This document shows positions 28,971 to 32,000 of a stretch of DNA of 32,000 nucleotides, piece after piece (position 1 is the first letter of the stretch; every line of letters begins with the position of its first letter). Made by a program: the position numbers and the translations under genes. The notes under the pieces were generated by a model that worked only from the letters and a program-made list of their open reading frames with translations, had not been told where the DNA came from and did no database searches. Source of the stretch: Candidatus Methylomirabilis limnetica (GTDB lineage Bacteria; Methylomirabilota; Methylomirabilia; Methylomirabilales; Methylomirabilaceae); contig NZ_NVQC01000022.1 of NCBI RefSeq assembly GCF_003044035.1, forward strand, positions 150,001-182,000, read 5' to 3'.

Positions 28971-30177
28971 CCCCTACTCCACGACCTCGCTCACCACGCC
29001 GGCCCCAACAGTGCGGCCCCCCTCGCGGATTGCGAAACGCAGCTCCTTCTCCATGGCGATCGGCTGGATCAATTCGACCGTGAGGCTCACGTTATCCCCC
29101 GGCATGACCATCTCGGTTCCTGCTGGGAGCGTGCAGACGCCGGTCACGTCTGTCGTTCGAAAGTAGAACTGGGGCCGATAGCCGTTGAAGAAGGGGGTGT
29201 GACGGCCACCTTCTTCCTTGGTGAGGATGTACGCCTCGGCCTTAAAGCGCAAGTGGGGCGGGATGGAGCCAGGCTTCGCCACCACTTGGCCACGCTCGAC
29301 TTCCTCGCGCTTGGTCCCCCGCAGCAGGAGCCCGACGTTGTCCCCCGCCTGGCCCTGGTCGAGGAGCTTGCGGAACATCTCGACGCCGGTCACCACGGTC
29401 CGCTGGGTGTCCCGGATGCCGACGAGCTCGACCTCGTCTGATACCTTGATGATGCCGCGCTCAATACGGCCGGTGACAACGGTCCCGCGCCCGGAGATCG
29501 AGAAGACGTCCTCGATAGGCATCAGGAACGGCTTGTCAAGGACCCGGACGGGCATGGGGAAGAAGCTGTCCACGGCGTCCATGAGCTCGAAGATGGGTGC
29601 GGCGTCGGGGTCGGTCCGCAGCCCGCTGCCGGTCTCCAGCGCTTTTAGTGCGCTGCCGCGGATGATTGGGGTCTCGTCCCCGGGGAAGTTGTAGAGCGTC
29701 AGCAGCTCACGGACCTCCAGCTCGACGAGCTCGATCAGTTCGGGGTCATCGACCAGGTCGACCTTATTCAGGAAGACGACGAGGTTCGGAACGTTGACCT
29801 GACGAGCGAGGAGGATGTGCTCACGCGTCTGGGGCATGGGCCCCTCGGAGGCGGCGACGACCAGGATCGCGCCATCCATCTGGGCGGCGCCGGTGATCAT
29901 GTTCTTGATGTAGTCGGCGTGGCCGGGGCAGTCGACATGGGCGTAGTGACGCTTGGCCGTCTCGTACTCGACGTGGGCGATGTTGATGGTGATCCCCCGC
30001 TCCTTCTCCTCCGGTGCCTTGTCGATCTGGTCGAAGGGGACGAAGGCGACCTTCGCGTTCGCCGCGTGCAGGACCTTCGTGATCGCCGCGGTCAGGGTGG
30101 TCTTCCCGTGGTCGATGTGCCCGATGGTCCCGATGTTCATGTGCTCTTTCGTCCGCTCAAACTTAGCCTTGCCCATA
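28971..30177. repeat. 1207-bp direct repeat, copy B (tuf CDS plus 3 nt 3' and 1 nt 5')
   Basis: See copy A. The flanks diverge immediately outside these bounds (g vs a at 28970/12664, and ag.. vs aa.. after the start codon). Confidence 0.9.
28974..30176 (-). CDS. tuf: Elongation factor Tu, copy in the tRNA-tuf operon
   Basis: ORF 28974-30221 trimmed to ATG 30176 (GGGAGGTG upstream). The protein is identical to the 12668-13870 copy. Confidence 0.97.
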   Translation of the reverse strand: MGKAKFERTKEHMNIGTIGHIDHGKTTLTAAITKVLHAANAKVAFVPFDQIDKAPEEKERGITINIAHVEYETAKRHYAHVDCPGHADYIKNMITGAAQMDGAILVVAASEGPMPQTREHILLARQVNVPNLVVFLNKVDLVDDPELIELVELEVRELLTLYNFPGDETPIIRGSALKALETGSGLRTDPDAAPIFELMDAVDSFFPMPVRVLDKPFLMPIEDVFSISGRGTVVTGRIERGIIKVSDEVELVGIRDTQRTVVTGVEMFRKLLDQGQAGDNVGLLLRGTKREEVERGQVVAKPGSIPPHLRFKAEAYILTKEEGGRHTPFFNGYRPQFYFRTTDVTGVCTLPAGTEMVMPGDNVSLTVELIQPIAMEKELRFAIREGGRTVGAGVVSEVVE

Positions 30178-30278
30178 ACACCTCCCAGCCTGAAGGGTGA
30201 TCCCTTTTTCCCTTCCGGCACTTATCCGCCGAGGGCGGATTCAGCCGTCCCTATCGAGTATACACGAAGAAGACTACC

Positions 30279-30354
30279 TGGAGCCCACGACCAGGATTGA
30301 ACTGGTGACCTCATCCTTACCAAGGATGTGCTCTGCCAACTGAGCTACGTGGGC
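30279..30354 (-). tRNA. tRNA-Thr (anticodon GGT), CCA encoded
   Basis: The reverse complement GCCCACGTAGCTCAGTTGGCAGAGCACATCCTTGGTAAGGATGAGGTCACCAGTTCAATCCTGGTCGTGGGCTCCA folds as a cloverleaf. Confidence 0.93.
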
Positions 30355-30570
30355 TGGTCCACCGAGGTCTCAATCCACTACGTCACGACTCACGCACATG
30401 GGGTAGCTGCGCGACTCGTTCTCTCCGACTCCCCCGAACACACTCCATCGATCGAGAGTTCATCTCTACCCGCTGATCGAGTCTTCTGCTTCCTCTTTCA
30501 CCGGCGAGCGAGTACTAAGGAATAACGGTAGAGAAGTAAGCCGACGCGAATGACAAATTAATACGCTCTC

Positions 30571-30647
30571 TGGAGCGGGAAACGGGATTCGAACCCGCGA
30601 CCCTCAGCTTGGAAGGCTGACGCTCTAGCCAACTGAGCTATTCCCGC
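30571..30647 (-). tRNA. tRNA-Gly (anticodon TCC), CCA encoded
   Basis: The reverse complement GCGGGAATAGCTCAGTTGGCTAGAGCGTCAGCCTTCCAAGCTGAGGGTCGCGGGTTCGAATCCCGTTTCCCGCTCCA folds as a cloverleaf. Confidence 0.93.
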
Positions 30648-30738
30648 CCACGCTTGTAGCAGTTGCTCGACACTAGAGAATCTCGTCGAGGGAGCACCTC
30701 GTCTCTGGTCTGGCACCCCCTGCACGAGCCCGTTCCAA

Positions 30739-30823
30739 TGGTGGGGAGAGGAGGGTTCGAACCTCCGAAGGCAACGCCAGCAGATTTACAGTCTGCCCCC
30801 TTTGGCCGCTTGGGTATCTCCCC
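30739..30823 (-). tRNA. tRNA-Tyr (anticodon GTA), long variable arm, CCA encoded
   Basis: The reverse complement is GGGGAGATACCCAAGCGGCCAAAGGGGGCAGACTGTAAATCTGCTGGCGTTGCCTTCGGAGGTTCGAACCCTCCTCTCCCCACCA. Confidence 0.93.
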
Positions 30824-30862
30824 GCATCCCCATTCAGAATCTCCCCGGATGCTAGCTCCCCG

Positions 30863-30938
30863 TGGAGCTGGCGAAGGGATTTGAACCCCCGACCGGCTGA
30901 TTACAAATCAGCTGCTCTGCCAGCTGAGCTACGCCAGC
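30863..30938 (-). tRNA. tRNA-Thr (anticodon TGT), CCA encoded
   Basis: The reverse complement is GCTGGCGTAGCTCAGCTGGCAGAGCAGCTGATTTGTAATCAGCCGGTCGGGGGTTCAAATCCCTTCGCCAGCTCCA. Confidence 0.93.
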
Positions 30939-30984
30939 ACACAAGCTAGTAGGCTATGACTATTTTGAGAAACGCGCAATGTCG

Positions 30985-31013
30985 ATATTAAAGATACTGC
31001 AAGCAAAAAGCAA
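30985..31013 (-). promoter_or_regulatory. Candidate promoter of the tRNA-tuf operon
   Basis: The minus strand reads TTGCTT (31013-31008), a 17-nt spacer, then TAATAT (30990-30985). It lies in the AT-rich 86-nt gap between rlmB and the first tRNA, analogous in position to the E. coli thrU-tufB promoter. Each hexamer matches consensus at only 4 of 6 positions. Confidence 0.35.
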
Positions 31014-31024
31014 GCAAAAATTTC

Positions 31025-31825
31025 TTATTGAGGGGATTTTTGAGAAACAATCGCAGTTTCTTGTCCATTCGCTGAAGGCTGCTTCATGATACTATGTTGC
31101 CGACGGATCTCAAAGAGGAAGACAGCAGCAGCAGCAGCAGCATTAAGAGAGTCCACACGACCATATGTGGGGATTCGCGCGAGCAGATCGCACCGCTGTC
31201 GCACTAACACCGTCAGTCCACGGTGTTCTCCTCCGATTACCACGCCCATTGAAGTGCCAAAATCGATCTCGTGGATGGACCGTACAGCACTTGGATCGGC
31301 CCCGAGAATCCAGACACCCTGATCCTTCAGCCACGTGAGAAACGCCGGCAGGCCCGCGACTCTCGCCACGGGTAGATGCTCCACAGCTCCAGCAGAGGCC
31401 TTTGCGACCGCCGGAGTGATCCCGACAGCACGATGTTTTGAGATAAAGAGCCCATCTGCTCCTGCAGCCTCCGCAGTGCGAATGATCGCTCCAAGGTTCT
31501 GAGGGTCCTGAACCCCATCAAGCAACAACAATAACGGCAGCGGGGTGGCAGCCTTGATTCGAGTCACCAGCGCGAAAGGGTCGTCGTAGCCTACCTCACT
31601 GACAACGGCAAGGACCCCTTGGTGTGTAACCCCCTTGGCCAATTCGTCAAGCCGTTCCTGTTTCTCCTGTGTAGAGGGTACGCCCAAGTCGCGGGCGCGC
31701 TTTACAATCTCGACGATCCTGGGATCATACCGTTCCCTCGCCAGATAAATCCGATCGATGTGACGTCGCCCCGCCCGAAGCGCCTCTAGCACAGCATGAG
31801 GACCAACAAGTATGTGCTCCGTCAT
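31025..31825 (-). CDS. rlmB: TrmH/SpoU-family 23S rRNA 2'-O-methyltransferase (RlmB-like)
   Basis: ORF 31025-31960 trimmed to ATG 31825. The upstream 45 codons are Arg-rich and overlap the cysS reading frame. SpoU motifs are present: LLLDGVQDPQNLGAIIRTAEAAG, IGGEHRGL, SLNAAAAAAV. Confidence 0.9.
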   Translation of the reverse strand: MTEHILVGPHAVLEALRAGRRHIDRIYLARERYDPRIVEIVKRARDLGVPSTQEKQERLDELAKGVTHQGVLAVVSEVGYDDPFALVTRIKAATPLPLLLLLDGVQDPQNLGAIIRTAEAAGADGLFISKHRAVGITPAVAKASAGAVEHLPVARVAGLPAFLTWLKDQGVWILGADPSAVRSIHEIDFGTSMGVVIGGEHRGLTVLVRQRCDLLARIPTYGRVDSLNAAAAAAVFLFEIRRQHSIMKQPSANGQETAIVSQKSPQ

Positions 31826-32000
31826 GGCTGCTGTGTCTTCACGTATGTGGCCTTCATGTGCCAGCGGACCCCATCGCCGGTATCGTCTACGACCACACCT
31901 CGGTCCGCCAACCAGGTTCGAATCGTATCGGCAGTTGCCCAGTCCTTCCTGCCACGGCACTGAGCGCGATACTCTACGATAATCCTGATCTTGTCGTCTG
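31822..32000 (-). CDS. cysS: Cysteinyl-tRNA synthetase, C-terminal end only
   Basis: Hand translation of the minus strand gives ...DDKIRIIVEYRAQCRGRKDWATADTIRTWLADRGVVVDDTGDGVRWHMKATYVKTQQP*. This matches the typical CysS tail pattern (KDxxxADxIRxxLxxxGIxLxDTxxGxxW). Its TGA overlaps the rlmB ATG (ATGA). Confidence 0.75.
   Translation of the reverse strand, partial: DDKIRIIVEYRAQCRGRKDWATADTIRTWLADRGVVVDDTGDGVRWHMKATYVKTQQP

Noticed and set aside
28893-28973. Possible promoter for rpmG-secE (CTTACA ... TAAAAA) and the 10-nt palindrome gcatcgatgc over the rpmG start codon.
   Set aside because: The hexamers are weak and the spacing is 18-19 nt. The palindrome is short and may be coincidental. 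This is not enough to report as a feature.
28950-28974. G-rich tract on the transcript strand just after the tuf copy 2 stop (GGGG..GGG..GG..GGGG), considered as a G-quadruplex or terminator.
   Set aside because: There are only three runs of three or more G, so a canonical G4 is not possible. There is no stable hairpin followed by a U-tract.
30224-30240. Perfect 7-bp hairpin (atccgcc gag ggcggat) in the tRNA-Thr-tuf leader, considered as a terminator.
   Set aside because: No U-tract follows it on the transcribed strand. It is more likely a processing or structural hairpin, and I cannot support a function from sequence alone.
30355-30570. 26-codon ORF (MNSRSMECVRGSRRERVAQLPHVRES) on the minus strand within the Gly-Thr tRNA spacer.
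   Set aside because: It has no SD and no recognisable features, and it lies inside a tRNA precursor. Its length is consistent with chance.
31826-31960. 45-codon N-terminal extension of the rlmB ORF.
   Set aside because: It is Arg-rich with no homology. The same DNA in another frame encodes a convincing CysS C-terminus that ends in an ATGA overlap with ATG 31825.
1-32000. Search for an accessory or novel protein system: defence islands, toxin-antitoxin pairs, integrases, orphan ORFs, strand switches.
   Set aside because: Every ORF of meaningful length with coding signal is a universally conserved translation or transcription gene in canonical order on one strand. No unexplained coding capacity remains once the intergenic repeats are accounted for.

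Overview
The whole window is one uninterrupted minus-strand block of core transcription and translation genes. In transcription order (high to low coordinates) it reads: cysS (3' end only)-rlmB | tRNA-Thr(UGU)-tRNA-Tyr-tRNA-Gly-tRNA-Thr(GGU)-tuf | rpmG-tRNA-Trp-secE-nusG-rplK-rplA-rplJ-rplL-rpoB-rpoC | rpsL-rpsG-fusA-tuf-rpsJ-rplC-rplD-rplW-rplB-rpsS-rplV-rpsC-rplP-rpmC-rpsQ-rplN-rplX-rplE-rpsN-rpsH-rplF-rplR-rpsE-rpmD-rplO-secY-adk-map-infA (5' part only). Four genes are absent from or mis-bounded in the ORF track and were recovered by hand translation: infA, rpmG, the cysS tail and the real secE. No plus-strand gene is supported. I see no mobile element, CRISPR array, defence, toxin or other accessory system, and I do not think this window encodes a novel protein system. 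It is an ordinary, highly conserved housekeeping locus. The unusual signals are non-coding. (1) About half of the long intergenic spacers are built from tandem 7-nt units in at least three unrelated core families, often as in-register inverted arrays that predict long interrupted hairpins. (2) The two tuf genes look nucleotide-identical exactly from start codon to stop codon, and form sharp GC-rich islands relative to fusA, rpsJ and the other neighbours. (3) A perfect TTGACA-16-TATAAT promoter sits directly after rpoC. (4) A terminator-like hairpin plus U-tract lies between rpsL and rpsG. (5) The classical S10, L10 and rpoB leader or attenuator regions are absent. The organism is not identified. 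An unsplit rpoC argues against cyanobacteria, and sampled flanking lines suggest roughly 50-55% GC by hand count.
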